In this document: in pieces, positions 1-13,759 of the stretch
Numbering within the stretch: position 1 is the stretch's first letter
Layout: each line of letters starts with the position of its first letter
Assembly (NCBI GenBank): GCA_964035545.1
Contig: OZ037769.1
Location: 14,848,633 to 14,912,632 of the forward strand
DNA: 64,000 nucleotides
Direction: 5' to 3'
Source: Bugula neritina
Lineage: Eukaryota > Animalia > Bryozoa
The notes under the pieces: generated by a model
Databases searched by the model: none
The model's input: only the letters and a program-made list of their open reading frames with translations
Told to the model about the DNA's origin: nothing
Position numbers and translations under genes: made by a program

Positions 1-369
1 TTTAATAAGATATTACAATAAATTTATCTACATATGTCTTTTTCTGATAATTTTTCTGTTTATGGTTGATGATAGTTGAAATTGTTTAACCTACCTTTTA
101 GTTGTAAATTTCAACAGAAATTCTGTAAGGTGAAGTTGTGCCCACATCTCTGTGCCAAAAATTTTCTTCTTTTTCCAAACAATTCACTTTACTAGGAGTT
201 GCTTTCTCGGTCTATATAGATGATTAATTTGCATTATTTCACTAGTGATTTCTCACAGGCTAATCTGCTATGACATTTAGACCTCATGTATTTGACCTCT
301 AGGCCTGATGTCGTCTGCTAATTGCCAATAAGGGGCGAAGCTAATCATAGCCTTATTTCTATTTGACAG

Positions 370-3300
370 GTTCAGACCCGATGGACATGGTCGCCTCCGT
401 AACGTCGCCCGAGGGCAAGACTGAGCTCTGCGACATAGTAGATCAATCAGATGATCATTATACTATTAAGTTTAGTCCCAAGGAAATGGGCGTTCATATT
501 ATTTGTGTTAAACATAAGGGACTGCATATCCCGGGCAGTCCATTTCAGTTTACTGTTGGACCCATAGTTGAAGGAGGGGCGCATAAAGTGCATGCCAATG
601 GCGACGGTAATGTAAAACCTTCTGTTAATGAAGTTAAATTTAGACATTATATACCACATTTCTAATCCTTCAGACTGACTGTGGTATAGCCTTGTGTTTC
701 TAATGTGGACTGATTAGATCAGGGGGGGGGTTTGTTCGTCCCGCTAAGTTAGAGACAAACTTATTCTATAAGCGTCTGACGTTAACAATCATATGTCCAT
801 CGTAGACTGATAAACATGTTTCTATGTTTCTTCCAGTACGAGAATGATGTTGATTAGCTCATTATGTTTGAGTGTAGAGCATATATTACTGTTTGGTTGT
901 AATACAGTTATTTAATCTTATAAGATAGAGACAGTAGAACAAGCTAGACAGTGTAATAATTAACTGAATATTAGATGAAAGACATGAACTCAGCACCAGC
1001 TCTTGCTTTGGTGCACAGACGGTTGCTAAAACAATAACATATATTATTTTGTTATATTTATTATGCTGATTACTCACTGTAGTGTGATGTATTATTGAGT
1101 GTTGTCTTCCCTTTATGATTAGGTGCTCTTTCTAGAATTATCTTTTGTTGATTTTAAATATAAATCCAAATGGCTTCAGTTGCTTTATCTCTCATGTAGT
1201 AGACATTTTAAATCCCTAGCCATCTATAAATTGTTGAGAAAAAGTTGTTTTGTTACGGAGTTGTGCTCCTTTGGTGATGTAATGGTTCGTTGGTCTGATT
1301 AGTAAAGTAAGTATTTCTGTCAACTTGGTTGACTTTTCTGGGAAATTTTTTTTTACAAATTCAAACAGATTACAAGTTTTATCTTACTTTTCAGCTGCAA
1401 TAGAAATGTAAAGGCTGTGTTTATTTATAGTAGATATGGATGTCTTCCAATAATTGTGGCCTATTTGAATTTTGCTAAAAAAATTTCTCCCAGTGAGTGT
1501 GGAGTAATTTATTCTAGTATATATAAATTAAATATATAATATAATACATATAATAAATATAATATCCTGTAGTATACATAGTTTATATTGTAATATATAT
1601 TATATTATATGCAATAAGTTTAATTCATGTTTCATAACTTTGAGATTTGTTTAGGAAGTTTTCAACTCTTGTAATGTGCTGCAGTGTAATAAAGCAGTCA
1701 CACATCAGGCTTACATTTGACTAGTTATGGGTGGGAGAGTTTTAGATCCAGGGGAAATAACTCCTTGTTTGTCAGATACATTGTAATAGAAAATGATACA
1801 AAAGGAGTTAATTTCCCATTTAGAGAGTTGTTTAGCTTGATATTACTTGTTCATTGAGTTTAAAATATGAGATCCGCATTGTTTGTTTATAAATTGATAT
1901 TGTTGTAATATTTCATTGCCAATATAAATCGATTTTCCAAAAAAAATTTGCCGGATTTTTACAAGATTAACATCTTTTAGTATCTCAAAAAGCTTGTAAT
2001 TTACTCAATTTGATGTGGGACCAGGTATGGCTTATAGTTATTGATAATAAATATTGCTTAATAGTTTATTTGATGAAGTTCTGATTGTGATTTGGAGAAT
2101 TATTTTAAGATTTAAATAGCATTACGTAGCGTATGTTCTGTAAGTACATAGTGGGTGTGTGCTGGATATTCTAATCTCTATATTACTCAAGTATATATCT
2201 TAGTTTATTATTACATTCTATTTATAATTTTTCAAACATAATCTTCAAGGTTTACCATATTATTTTGATACAACTCTGAGACTAGCTTATTTATGACTAA
2301 CCCTACTGCTGAATAGCTGACTGCAAAGTGTGACCTAGTTAATATCTCTCATCTGATTGGCTGTAGGATTGGACAACGCAGAAGTGGGTCATCCTAATGA
2401 GTTCAACATATACACGCACGAGGCCGGCCCAGGAATGCTCACTGTCAACGTGGAGGGGCCCTCTAAGGCTACTATTATGTTTGAAGACAAGTTCCCAGGC
2501 TCTTCTGTCGCTGCGTTCAGGGCCCCTGAGCCAGGTATAGCATTTCCTGTTGACCTAGACTAAGTCTCTTCATGACTTTGTACAGCTCACAATGGATCTC
2601 TCTTGTTGTGACCCCCATAAGCTCTTAGAATTTAGGCTATATTGCAACTACACCACAAACCTCAAGTTTATTTACATTGTGCACACTTGTGGCCTATATT
2701 AATTTATATTTTTTATTTTGCAGCTCAAATCCATCAAACAGTGTGTTTTTAAAGGTCAATTATCAACTGTTCTGTTAAAATACTTTACATAACATAGTGC
2801 TAATGTATATAATGTTATAGTGTGATATAGTTGCTTTACTGTGCTGGTTTCCCCACAGGTGATTATACAGTAAATGTTAAGTTCAACGACGAGCACATCC
2901 CAGATTCTCCATTCAGAGTGGTTGTTCACCCGTCTTCTGGTGGCGCCAGGAAGGTTACGGTTCAGTCCTTCAAACAGAAAGGTCTTGAGGTATAAATATA
3001 CACAGTGTACTATTAGTAATTGAGTAGTTTATATACAGTATACTGTTAGTGATTGAGTAGGTTATATATGCTGTATACTGTTAGTAGCTTAGTAGTTTAT
3101 ATACAATATACTGTTAGTAGTTGGAGTTGTATTCTCCTGTAGATTGGAAAACCCAACGCCTTTACTTGTGTATTCAACGGAGCTCAGGGCAACCTCGGGG
3201 CCAGGGTTGTAGCTCCCTCTGGTGCTGAAGATGAGGCTCTGATTCAGGCATTGGATGACACAAACGGTCAGTTATACTCGGTGGTTGTTATGATGCAAGG

Positions 3301-5760
3301 GGCGGATCTAGCCAGGGGAGCTGGCAGGGGTGGATACGTATAATAGCATCTTCACTCACCACCCTATGCTCTGTCATTTGATGGTGCAGTGTTAAACATA
3401 TCTTAATTTAATTACACTATGAAAAGTAATAGTGGATCACGGGATGTAGGTTGATAAGATTATTGTTACAGTTGGACACTAATTATCGGTTTATATACTA
3501 TATAGTACACTGTCAGAGTACTAACTCATAGACATGGCGTTGCTGCAGAACATCACACCCCTCTACATAGCCTAACTTATCTGCATCTAGACCCAACATT
3601 GCTGCAGGACAGTAACTGAATCATTATATCATTATTACATATAATTAATACTGTTGCAGCGCATTACCATTGGTGTGATATCTAGGCACGATACTGTTGC
3701 AGCACACTACACTACACGCTGTATAGGGTATTTACTAGATGTTTCACCACTGCAGGGCACTACGCTGTGAGGTTTATTCCCCGGGAGAATGGAGTCCACT
3801 ATTGCCACGTCACACTCGACAATAGGCACATTAGAGGAAGTCCCTTCAGAGTCATTGTGGGGGAGGCTGACCCTGATCCCGGGCTCGTCTGCGCCAGCGG
3901 CCAAGGTCTCGTCACCGGCAAATCAGGTGACTATCATTTCCTGTTTATAACCTCTTGGCTTTAATCTCTTTGTATTTCAATGTTGAAAAGTAAATACCTT
4001 TTTTTGTTTAAACCGTTTAGATTCTGGCTGTATGTAGATTATTTTATAAAGTTTTTAGGTTACAAATTTTGAAAATATACATTCAGACTTCAGTACGTGT
4101 ATATACAAATATTCTCACTGCAGCTGTTAGAAAATTCAGTTGTTAATATAGTGGTTTATCTTTTGTTGAAAAATTTATATAAAAATTATTAAGATTTCTG
4201 ATGATCGAATCACATAACTTTCACTTTATTCATTCTCTCGACTCAGGTGAAGGAAACTGTTTCACTGTAAACACTATTGGAACTGGAATTGCCTCCACCC
4301 TGTCGGTCAACATAGACGGTCCTTCCAAGGCAGAGATCAAGGCACATGAGGTGAAGTACTGTTTACTGTATTCCGTAGGTAGCCTAGTTGTTGTCAGGGT
4401 TTCAGTGGTGTTAGCTTTGTCACTATGACTTAGTCACTCCATGATATCTAGAGTATGTAGACACTTCATTGATATCTAGAGTCAGTTCTGTAGACACTTC
4501 AATGACTTTACTGCATTCTGTGTAAAACCTTTAAAGGGAATTTTCGCTATAAACATGCACAATATGTTGTCTTCTACTACTGGATATTAAGTATTTTAAG
4601 TTGTTAATAAGTATACATGTACTTACAAATATCATATTTACTTAGTTGTTATAAAACTAGCAGCAAACACATGCTAAAACACACTGGGACTCAATTATTT
4701 TTTGTTATTTGTTTACCGAGTTAAGTTTGATCTGTAGGTAAGCGAGGGCTACGAGTTTATGTACACTCCTTCGGCTCCCGGAGACTATTTCGTTGCTATC
4801 AAATATGGCGGCAACTACCACATTGCCGGCAGTCCCTTCAAGGCTAAGGTCACGGGACCGGGCAAACCCTCGGCGAAGAAGGAGCATGCTCACTGCGTCA
4901 TCGAGACTGTCAAGAAGTCTGAGGATTCTCAAGGACTTCCGAAGTTCAGTTCAGACGCCACCAAGATCACGTCTAAAGGTCTCGGGCTAAACAAGGCCTT
5001 CACTGGCCGAGCTGCTCAGTTCTCCGTGGATACAACTCATGCCGGTAATTTGTTTATTTCCTCACTTCCTGTACAGATTGTCAATTGTTTTTAATATAAG
5101 CAAAATATGCTGCTGTTTTATTGACAAGCATCCTAACTATGCAAAATTTCTAGTGTGGCAGAGTTCATTTGTGTCGCAATACTTCATCAGCATTAGTTTG
5201 CTGTTGGGAAATTTTTATTTCGTATGACTGACATTTTTGTCCAACATTTTGCGTAAAATGGAAATAAAACTAATATGCCATGTGAGGTATTGAGCTGTGC
5301 TTGGCAGAAAGTGATGTATTATATTATCACTGTAACTACATTCTACTGCATATAATGTGCTATCACTGTTACAGTTGATTTTGTTATAATGTGGTGCCTT
5401 TCTACACAACGTTGGATTAACAGTATAGGCAACTTTTCATATTTTGACATACTTTCTTGTAGGTCTAAATGCGCTATTCTGTGATTGGTTGACTTTGTTT
5501 GTAGGTCATAACATGCTTTTCTGCTTTGTGATTTTCTGCTCTGTGATTGGTTGACTTTGTTTGTAGGTCATAACATGCTTTTCTGCTCCGTAATTGGTCA
5601 ACCTGGTTCCCAGCCCGTAGATGAGATCACAATGAAGCACAACAACAGAAACGTGTACAACTGCCACTACACAGTTAAACAGAAGGGGAAGTACCATCTG
5701 GTCGTCAAATACGGCGATCAGAATATTCCCGGAAGTCCATTCAACATCAATGTCATTTAA
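370..5760 (+). CDS. FLN: Filamin, C-terminal 8 exons (Ig repeats ~20-24 plus hinge 2); 5' part lies outside the window
   Basis: Exons 370-606, 2367-2534, 2859-2989, 3143-3266, 3756-3926, 4247-4350, 4738-5044, 5567-5760 (TAA). All are AG/GT bounded with compatible phases. Repeated filamin Ig motifs: [65 protein letters not shown]. The order matches vertebrate filamin repeats 20-24. Confidence 0.96.
2992..3125. repeat. Degenerate ~32-bp minisatellite (about 4 copies) filling a filamin intron
   Basis: Recurrent unit tatatacagtatactgttagt(a/g)(a/g)ttgagtag. Confidence 0.7.
5453..5587 (+). repeat. Tandem duplications of the filamin last-exon acceptor region (62-nt offset copy plus an older degenerate copy)
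   Basis: ctgtgattggttgactttgtttgtag|gtcataacatgcttttctgct occurs at 5479-5525 and at 5541-5587. A diverged copy cttgtag|gtctaaatgcgctattctgt has its AG at 5461-5462. Confidence 0.9.
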
Positions 5761-6312
5761 AGGTCAACAGGTTATGACACGTGGGTGGCAGGCTTGGCTA
5801 TATGACAGCATTTCGTAAAATTCGAGCATCTCTGACTAAAATATCGCCAATTTTTAAACTGACTGCTCCTTCATGTTGACCAGTTACTCTCTGGGGTCGA
5901 AGGCAAAGTAGTTACTGCTGTTCAAAATTCTGCTTTTTCTTACTTTGTTGATGTTTACATTTATCCCGTATTCTAAGTACTATTTATGAGTTATTTTATG
6001 TGGATTTTGCCTTTTCTTAAACTCTATGATGCAAATATATTATTTTTTGTGTTCCAATTTTAAATTTTGCTATTTTTTCTATATTGAATGGAATTTAGAA
6101 ATGAGTTAGTAAAGTTTCATGGTTGCTATACACTGCAGCAGTCTTAGTAATGTATTTTTCACCTTATACTATAACATTTGTCTCGTTTTTGTATATAATA
6201 ATATAGTATTAATAGATGGAAACCTTATCAGGTAATTTGCTGTGATAGTCATGGTTTATTATTGCGCCAACTTTAACCCTTTTACTCGACAATGCTAATC
6301 TCTGCTTCTCTC

Positions 6313-6318
6313 AATAAA
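6313..6318 (+). terminator. Candidate polyadenylation signal of filamin (second candidate at 6649-6654)
   Basis: AATAAA ~550 and ~890 nt after the stop codon. The hexamer is common in AT-rich DNA, so support is weak. Confidence 0.35.
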
Positions 6319-8490
6319 ACATGTTCATAAATTGAATATAACATTTTTCTTTATTTTACTGCTACCTCCACAATCTTGTTATTTCATAATTTTAATTCAC
6401 ATGTTTGGTATCCCACAATACATTACAACCATAGCAACGGCCCAGGTAAGGATCATGTTTCTGTTACAGGTTCAACTTACAATAATTATCTTGCTAATTT
6501 ATTTTTTCTTTGCATTTATGACAGATAACCTCTGCTTTTCAAAAGTTAATCTACAGATAGTAAATGCAGCTGCGCTATATCTTTTCCCACTTCACACACA
6601 TGCATATTTAATGTTCGCTTAGAAGTATTTTTGACAGCATGAATTATTAATAAAAGATGTGAAACCCAACAGAAATACAAACAAATCAATGTTTTTAATT
6701 CAGCCACTTGAAACTTGTTGATAGTAGTACTTGCTTTAAGAATTGGCCTTAATGTAGAAGGTATTTATTTTTATAATATTATGTATACATAATACTGTAT
6801 TTCTCAAGTGCATAAACAAACAGTAGAAGCAATATTATGGCTATACTTGGCTTGTTTTTACAGTATAACAATCTTCACTGACATATGGTTGGCTATTGGG
6901 AAATTTGCTTTGCTAAGGCAGCTTTCACAAAATTGTTTTTTAACATATGTGCTCTGATTCTTTTTGTTTCAATTTATTATATTCAATCACATTGGAAAAA
7001 TAAATCAACTGATATGATGTAAGATCTTAAGGCTTCTTTGTAAAACTTATGCACAACTTTTATTGTTGTAAAATTTATATGGTATTATTTTGCAACGATC
7101 TAATATTATTTTGTGTATTTTAATGGAACCGAAAAAAACTGCATGCTAGTACAATTGGAGCTTGCACTGTTTCTACTAGAACTTAGTGTTTTTAACTTGT
7201 TAATAGTGATATGCTGACTGATGACTTTAAATATATGACTCGATCATGCAGCTAGCTAAAGAAGAAAATTGGTTTCCTTATGAGATCAGAATATTACATG
7301 GTCTCAGCTACTGGGAATATGTGCTGCATATGAAAATCATGTCAAGAGTCGTCTTCTCTTTTATGAGTCTTTTTGAAAGCAAGGTTTGAGGCTCAGGCTT
7401 GCTTTATGACCACTCCAGTAAATTATATAAAAAAGTTGTATTCGTTCGTGAAGCAAGTGGTGTACCGTGCAACCGAGTGAGCTAATGCAGAGCTTTAACT
7501 ATTTTAGTGGCAGCTTTAAAATTTCGTTTTTCCTATCAGAATATAGCCTAAAACTACGTACTTTGTTTATACTACTGTGCTATATTTAACTGCATACTAG
7601 CTGTCACCAACTCTCTAGAGCTACCTATTAACACCAGCTCTAATTATAGTTTACTATCATGCTATATTCAAGATGCAGAAGTCTTATTCCTTATGCAAAT
7701 TTGATTCATGCAGATTTAATTAGGCCATCATCACCTTCATAATCAATTGCTGAGTTTAAGGGTTTGCAGTTTTGACATCCATGAGTGAGTATAAATTACT
7801 ACATGTTTATAATACTCATATATTTGACAATGTTCAGTAGTGTTGAAGCTATGTTGTTGAAACCAATTTGCTGGTAAACAGTATTTAATAGCACTCATAA
7901 GTGACTTTAAATAACTGTCCAGGCAGTGGTATGAAGGGATAATATTTAATTGTTAACAGGCAATTCATTACAAAATAAAATAGCCAAATTAATTTCACCA
8001 TGGTCACAATACTACTGTTAGTTGTTAGGAAATAATTACAAAACACACTTTAAAATGCCTCTACCTGATTGGAAGTTGGAATAAAATGCATTTTAAAAAA
8101 ATAAACAGAGTTTTATGTTAGTTAATCTGTTAGATTTTTTGTGTTAGATTATTGTTCAAGCTATCCAAGGATTCCTAATAGGAAAAAAGTGTTATTTAGT
8201 TGCACTTTTATAACAATACATGAATAAATGAAATATTATTGTGAATAGAAACATATTGAAAGCTGATTCCACATCCCGGAACTTTGAAACTCGTAGAACT
8301 TTAAATTCCTTAATGGTGGATTTAACTAAATTTCAAGATTTGAACTTATAGTCTTGAATTGGATGTTTTCCTAATTGTTTAAGATAGAATATATAAATTA
8401 GTATTCCTGTAAACTAATATATATAATTATTACACAGTTTATGTTAGATTATGAACACATAGAATACTAGCATGGTTTAATAATACAATT

Positions 8491-8592
8491 TGTTTTATAA
8501 GCAGCTTTGAGTTGGGGTGACTGAGTGCAGTAACTTGAGAACCCCAAACTAATGAACTCGGTCACCCCCAACTCAAAGCTGCTTATAGAACA
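8491..8592. mobile_element. Foldback/MITE-like inverted repeat (~36-bp arms)
   Basis: tgttttataagcagctttgagttggggtgactgagt ... actcggtcacccccaactcaaagctgcttatagaaca; the arms are reverse complements with ~2 mismatches and 1 indel. No TSD identified. Confidence 0.7.
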
Positions 8593-8900
8593 CTTCTGGT
8601 GATAATGCTCAGCATGTATAAGTCTCATTCCTAGCTAAAAGTGTAAATCAGTTTATTGTACAGCTACAGTCCATTGTAAGCTTTTCTTTGTTAGTCACAA
8701 GAACACTTGGAATATAGCACATAGTTTATATAGCAGAAACACTCCTAAAGATTTCCACTGCATGTCATATTTATACAGTACCCTGTACATTAATTGCAGG
8801 CCTATGACCTGATAAGATAACATGTATTATCTCAGCTACTAAATAAATACCTCCTACAGTAGTTATATCATAGACTATCAGTATAGTCAACGTATTATAA

Positions 8901-9021
8901 TGACTATTAGTTGACCATTTGTTGACTAACAGTTGCCTATTAGTTGACTTTTAGTTAACTTTTAGTTGGCTATTAGTTGACTATTAGATGACTGTTAGTT
9001 GACTATGAACTGACTACTAGT
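8901..9021. repeat. 11-bp minisatellite, 11 copies (consensus TGACTATTAGT)
   Basis: tgactattagt tgaccatttgt tgactaacagt tgcctattagt tgacttttagt ... tgactactagt; the 11-nt period is kept throughout. Confidence 0.85.
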
Positions 9022-9717
9022 TGAAGTCATGAAGTTTTTATAGCACTGGCACATCTAAAAACACAATTTTAAATGCATTTTGCTATCAAAATAAGCTTTC
9101 TATATTATTTGGCAACCAAAATGCTTATACTTGGTTGTAATTTTACCACTTTGGTTGAATGCTACACTATTAGTCTATAATATACTTCCTGCACTGAACA
9201 TCAAGAATTTGCTGCGTTTGAAAGACTTTAACACAAAATGACAGAAAAGAATGTGCCAATCAAAATATTATTTTGAAAAATACTCATAAATCATTAATGT
9301 TAATGCTTGTGTCATTAGTTTAAAGAGGTTAGCCTATCATCACTGTTATGCAATAATATTTGTTTAGCCAGTGTATTGGGGACAGTGGAAATCCTGATTT
9401 GGCAACTAAATAGAGTATAAGCTGCTTATAAAGCCTGTTTCAACAAACTGAAGGTTTATTTGGATATGCAACTAATATTCCCTGTGTTCCTATTGGTCAG
9501 TATGAAGACATAGTACTAGATAGATACTTTGTACAAGTTATTCTAATAATATTCAGCTCTTAGGTGAAGCTGGTCTCATTTGCTGCTATAATCAGTTACT
9601 GCTGGAGTGTCAGATACTGCCAAGAAATGAGAGGTCCGTAAACTTTGCCTGTTGAGTCACCATGAGGCAGCGGCAGCGCTTTGTCAGCTGCCGTCTTGTG
9701 TTCAGAGGAATTCTCAT

Positions 9718-9972
9718 TCTTCAACTTTGCTTAAACTTAAAGGTAATAAAAAAAGTTATATTGTGGCAACAGCTAGAGATTTACGTTTTAGGAGCAGCTA
9801 AAAATATAACGCTCACATTTGAAGTTTTAATACTATAATTGCCACTTTAGTTCACTTACCTTCCTTCAACTTTGTTTAAAGATAGTAAATTCAAGTCTTA
9901 GAAGCTAGCAGCTAAAGTTATAAAATTCACTTTTGAAGTCTTACCGTTGTGATTGTCACTTTCGTTTACCTG
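9718..9972. repeat. Old imperfect tandem duplication (2 copies) upstream of the GPCR
   Basis: cttcaactttg(c/t)ttaaa ... gcagctaaa ... tcac(a/t)tttgaagt ... attg(c/t)cacttt appears twice in the same order. Confidence 0.6.
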
Positions 9973-11419
9973 CTGATTCTGTATAAATATGTATCTTTTT
10001 CTGAAATCTTGCTAAAACTATGATAAAAGTTCATCTAAAACTTTTAAGACATTATCTAAATGTTATTTTGCTTGCTGTCAACCGGCAGTATTTATTGTTA
10101 TTTGGTTTGTTAGGTGACAGGTTAGGTTTGTTAGTCTCCTAACTTGAAGAAGTTTAAAAGCTCTTTTTTTGGGAATAAGATTTTTATAACCAAGTTATTA
10201 CTAATACTAATAAGACTTAAAAATTACTACTTCTGTTTCATTTTCCAAATTTGAGTGAACCACAATCAATTTAACCTAAATTTCTCTATAAGCACATCAT
10301 TTAGGTGAACTAGTATAATCCCCCCCCCACATTTGTTAGTCTCAAATAAAATATTATATACCAGTGATTATGTACCACAGGGCAGACTGTATAGCAACAT
10401 ACTCCATATAATACTTATCATAAGAATTAGGGTGCCTAATTTAGAAAATTGCTATCACCAAAACACAATCTTTCAGTTGATAAAGTGTGACTAGGTTAAT
10501 CGGAGTGCTATAGTGTAAAGTGAATGAAAATACCGTCAACGACGTTTTAAAACTAAAAAGCTGCTGCTGTATTTTTATTTAGGGAAAGTAGCTCAAATGA
10601 TACATTTCTATACTTCTTTTGCAAACATGCTATGAAATAACTGTAGTGTTGACTATTAAATCAGCTAAAGTCTAAAGAATATTTTTAAAAACATTCTTAC
10701 TTAAAACAAATTTTCTACAGCATTCTTAGCAAATAATCTTTACACCATATTTAAATCTTACTTTTAGTTCATGTTTTGAACTTCTAAGGCATTTTATTTT
10801 TTGAATAGCTTCTAACTTTGGGTTAATTTAAGTATTTTATAACATCCTTAACTATAACTATTTAATAACATTATTATATGAAGCTATTTATATTTTAGTA
10901 CACTCACACTGTTATCTATATATAAAGGCCAGCTGCAGTATATCATCTAGGGTGTAAAGGAACTCTCAATAAAATATGAAGCTATGTATGAATATATTAA
11001 CTATAATAATTACCTTATAATAGACTCATTATTGCGTTGGTTTTAGACAGCAATTTTTAGGCTTTGTGTTTGAAGTGATCATAGTCAAACCTAAGCTTCA
11101 AAAGCTTATCAGCCACTAATAATCCATCTAATTATGAACTAGTTCGCAGGAAACAGCTAAAGCGATATCATAAGATATATTATACTTTGATGTTGCAACT
11201 CCTTACCTGTACAACTTTCTAAAAATTTACAGTCATTACTATTTCTTACTTGGTATGTTGAAAGACAGATTATTGTTTTGATTAGTATGTTTAGAAATAG
11301 CAGAAATAGCAGCTTCAGCTACTTTCTTGGCATCCTGTCATACATTTAGTGCTGCGAGTCTGGCTTCCACATTCTGTATTAACTCATACATGTTATATAT
11401 CTTTTGCTTTATTATATTT

Positions 11420-11625
11420 ATTATAGCAATATAGTAATATAGCCATACAGTAATGTGGAAATATAATCTTATATAGTAAAGTAATATCATAGTAATATAG
11501 TATCATAATAAAGTAGTAACAGTACTATATTATGGTATAATTTCAATCCAGCAATATAGTAAACTAATATTACAGTATATTATAGTAGTATAGTAGTGCG
11601 GTAATATAGCAATATATTATTATAC
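11420..11625. repeat. Degenerate pentanucleotide (ATAGT/ATAAT) low-complexity tract
   Basis: atagcaatatagtaatatag... pattern. Confidence 0.55.
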
Positions 11626-12173
11626 TAAAGCAGTGAGATTGTAAAATATTAATAAAAGAATACGTAAGTTATATGGTGATGTATTATAGTTTTAGAACTA
11701 AGATTTTGATTTTAAATACTGCCATATTATTTTCTACTATTTTTCTATTTTAATTATAACAAAACATAAAACAAACAAACAGAACTGAAAATATGCCAAA
11801 TACAATTACTTGATAACTTATTATATTATATTGTATATGCATGCAATTGTGAATCATTCGTAATGATAAAAATCCATCACTGAGTGAATAGACTTATAGG
11901 AGTCAAACTACAGACTATTCCCTAAAGTCTATGGAACTAAATGTCAGACACCTATTCAAGTTTCAATAAAGCTGTAAGCATTTAAGGCATTTTATATAAT
12001 CTCCGAATCCTATTAACCTATTAGTTTATACGGCCTGGGTATTTATACTGCAGGTAAACAGTGTGTGGACCTGCACTCAAACATTACTACACACAGCTTG
12101 TTTGTTTTTGTCTCTTTAGCTATCATAACATCTCACACTAATTCCTTCTCGTTTATATTTTAGATGTTATAAC

Positions 12174-12203
12174 ATGCAACAACGATTGTTGTTTATATTT
12201 TTT
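12174..12203 (+). CDS. Candidate signal-peptide exon of the GPCR (MQQRLLFIFF); alternative candidate 10060-10104 (MLFCLLSTGSIYCYL)
   Basis: Acceptor tttatattttag ends at 12163, ATG at 12174, phase-0 donor TTT|gtaaag. It joins exon 14199 in frame to give MQQRLLFIFFCLGVVREFS. The donor is weak and the exon is unverified. Confidence 0.3.
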
Positions 12204-13759
12204 GTAAAGCTTTCAACTTTTTCAAATAACAATTTCAAAGTTTGGAATAAAAAAAATTGAATTTTACAGACTTTTTCAAAAAATATTTTTTTACGTCAGA
12301 GGGCCAATGACCGAAGTTCTTCTCCATAAACAATTGTTAAAACAGGCACCAATCATACCAACTGGTACAAGTTTGAGCAAGAACTATAAAGCTGTGTATA
12401 TATAACTATTAAATACTTTTAAGGTACAAAATTTAGATTTATTTAGGAGAAATACTTACTCACTTACTCAATCACCAAGTGAGAGGCAGAGGGAGTATTT
12501 TTACACTCTTGAGAAGCACAAAAGTTACCATTTCTGAAAATCTTTTCCTCACTTGTATTGGTAAAGTTCAACTCATATGAAAAATTATACGTTTGTTCTA
12601 AACATGTTTATAATAGAAACTTGTACATTTAAAACTTTTAAAAATAATAAAAAGTATTGCATTTAATGTAAACTGTTCAGCAGCTAAATTCTCTATCCAT
12701 GCATCAGCCTGTTTACTGTAACTTATAATATTAGGACTTTAAGGAAACTTAGAATATAATAGTTAAATGGAAGTTTCAAAAATGATAAAAATTGTGCTCA
12801 AATATGAACTTAATTTTGCTTTTCACAATAACTTATTGTGCTATTAAATTTATACCTGGATTTGTTTATATAAAATATATAACACAAATTTTTTATTATA
12901 ATATATAATATAATTCAGATAAAACAAGCGATAAATATTTTCACAATAAAAAAGCAAGTATTTACTGTATTAAATTTTATTGTTGTGACCAACTATAGCA
13001 CATCTTTTTGCAAAATTCACTTTCTTTGAAGTTAATAACTTTTTATAGTAACAAATAGGCATCAGCATTTTCATTAACCAGGGGACGGTTTCCTATAAAT
13101 TATTAGCAACCAATATATATATAATTTATATCAACATAAATAGGATTTTAGTATACTATGAATGATTTGCTCTTAACATACCCAGTTGACATTATGCACC
13201 AGAACAAAAATAACTTTAATCAATTTCTAATTAATAATTGCTAGCATTAAGCTCTATGTTAAAGACTTATTATGTGTTAACATATAGTCTGATTTTCGGA
13301 CATTAACTATATACGGGTTTTTAGCCAGCTTAACTAGCCTACACAGGCTGGGTGCTATTCCATTATGTGAAAGCTGTCTATATAATTTCTCACCAACAAT
13401 CAAAAGCTAAGCTTTAATATTTCTATACATTTGCTATACCTTTATACTATGTGTACTTCTAACTTTTCATTTAATGTATAGATACATTAATTTTGTCAAA
13501 TTAAAATGTGGGTAATATTGCATCACTTTCTCATTTACAATGAGAGAATCTTTCACAGGATATTATTAAGTAAAGTATAGCTGAATTTTTTAGTTGCTTT
13601 GTGGGCTTTGAAGTGATAAAGATATACATTTATTTCTATGAAAAGTTGACAAAATTTTAGACCATTAATAAAGTGTTAGCTCATTTCTTTTATCTGGTTG
13701 CAGATATTGCAGATATTGCAGTTTTCCTATTGTAAATTGTTGATTCTACACATGCATAC

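Noticed and set aside
3297-3340. MITE starting AGGGGCGGATCTA
   Set aside because: No matching opposite terminus or TSD found nearby; at most a solo remnant
6332-6622. Hydrophobic short ORFs in AT-rich DNA (also 15147-15429, 20820-21265, 43602-43868, 63444-63731)
   Set aside because: Composition expected from AT-rich UTR/intron sequence; no motifs and no splice-consistent partners
8901-9021. CRISPR-like array
   Set aside because: Contiguous 11-bp units with no unique spacers, eukaryotic context, no cas genes
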